Positions 63,328 to 64,000 of a stretch of 64,000 bases of DNA are shown here, piece by piece. Both the position numbers and the translations under genes were made by a program. The stretch is from positions 68,696,001 to 68,760,000 of the forward strand of contig OX597818.1 in the NCBI GenBank assembly GCA_951406725.2, in the 5' to 3' direction. This DNA is from Octopus vulgaris (Eukaryota). Position 1 is the stretch's first letter. Every line of letters starts with the position of its first letter. Under the pieces are notes generated by a model. It was not told where the DNA came from and made no database searches. It was given only the letters and a program-made list of their open reading frames with translations.

Positions 63328-63676
63328 ACACAGTCAAATATAAGCTCCGATCCAATATGTCTGAGAAAAGAAGATGATGGAATGTCTTTGATGGTGATGC
63401 TGTTTAGTCAGGTGTGTAGGGCCAAGGCAACATCAATAGTCATCTTCTTCAGCATCAGCATTACCCTTCATCCTCATCCATGAGATAATCTCCTTGGAGT
63501 GGTTTCAACTGCAAGAAATAGTAGCCAAATGTTCCACTGATTAGTTCCTACCAACTAAACAAAGAAAAGAAGGACACTTTGTAATGAATTCTTCAATAAT
63601 GTTGATTAAATAAACATAGCAATGGTCACAGGTGGGACATCCTCTCTCATGCATCATAATCAGTAATATATATGCA

Positions 63677-64000
63677 GGTGATGTGGTGTGGCTGTGTGGT
63701 AATTAGCTTGCTTACTAACCACATAGTTCTGGGTTCAGTCCCACTGCGTGGCACCTTGGTCAAGTGTATTCTACTATAGCCTCAGACCAACCAAAGATTT
63801 GTGAGTGGATTTGGTAGATGGAAGCTGAAAGAAGCCTCTTGTATATTTATATGTATGTGTGTGTATATGTTTGTGTGTCTGGGTTTGTTCCCACAACACC
63901 ACTTGACAACTGATGCTGGTGTGTTTGCATTCTTGTAACTTAGAAGTTCGGCAAAAGAGACAGAATAAAATAAGTACTAGGTTTAAAAAGAATTAGTCCT
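63677..64000 (+). mobile_element. Family A SINE, cut by window end
   Basis: gtggctgtgtggtaa..gggttcagtcccactgcgtggcaccttgg..aataagtactagg. Confidence 0.9.

Overview
AT-rich, microsatellite-saturated animal DNA. The SINE/LINE repertoire and (TA)n/(CA)n/(TATG)n/(ATC)n/(TAA)n load look like an octopus (coleoid cephalopod) intron or intergenic region; this is inferred from repeat families as I recall them, not from a search. I see no host protein-coding exon: nearly all listed ORFs are translations of simple repeats. Contents: (1) a 5'-truncated, disabled RTE-clade LINE (8535-11057) with a C4HC3 PHD finger inside the RT region and a 67-bp tandem hairpin array in its 3' UTR, plus many shorter relatives; (2) R4/Dong-type restriction-like-endonuclease LINE remnants, two of them in (TAA)n; (3) two DD37D Tc1/mariner remnants; (4) at least four tRNA-derived SINE families, several with clear target-site duplications; (5) Penelope-like GIY-YIG fragments and Helitron-like remnants. 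The most interesting signal is a set of short, non-coding, asymmetric fold-back elements in (TA)n arrays that carry type I hammerhead ribozymes with palindromic stem III. The best is at 32075-32156, inside a 147-bp inverted repeat; others are at about 8.1-8.4, 11.2 and 12.3 kb. They look like non-autonomous Penelope-pLTR/retrozyme-like elements. Coordinates of degenerate repeats are approximate.
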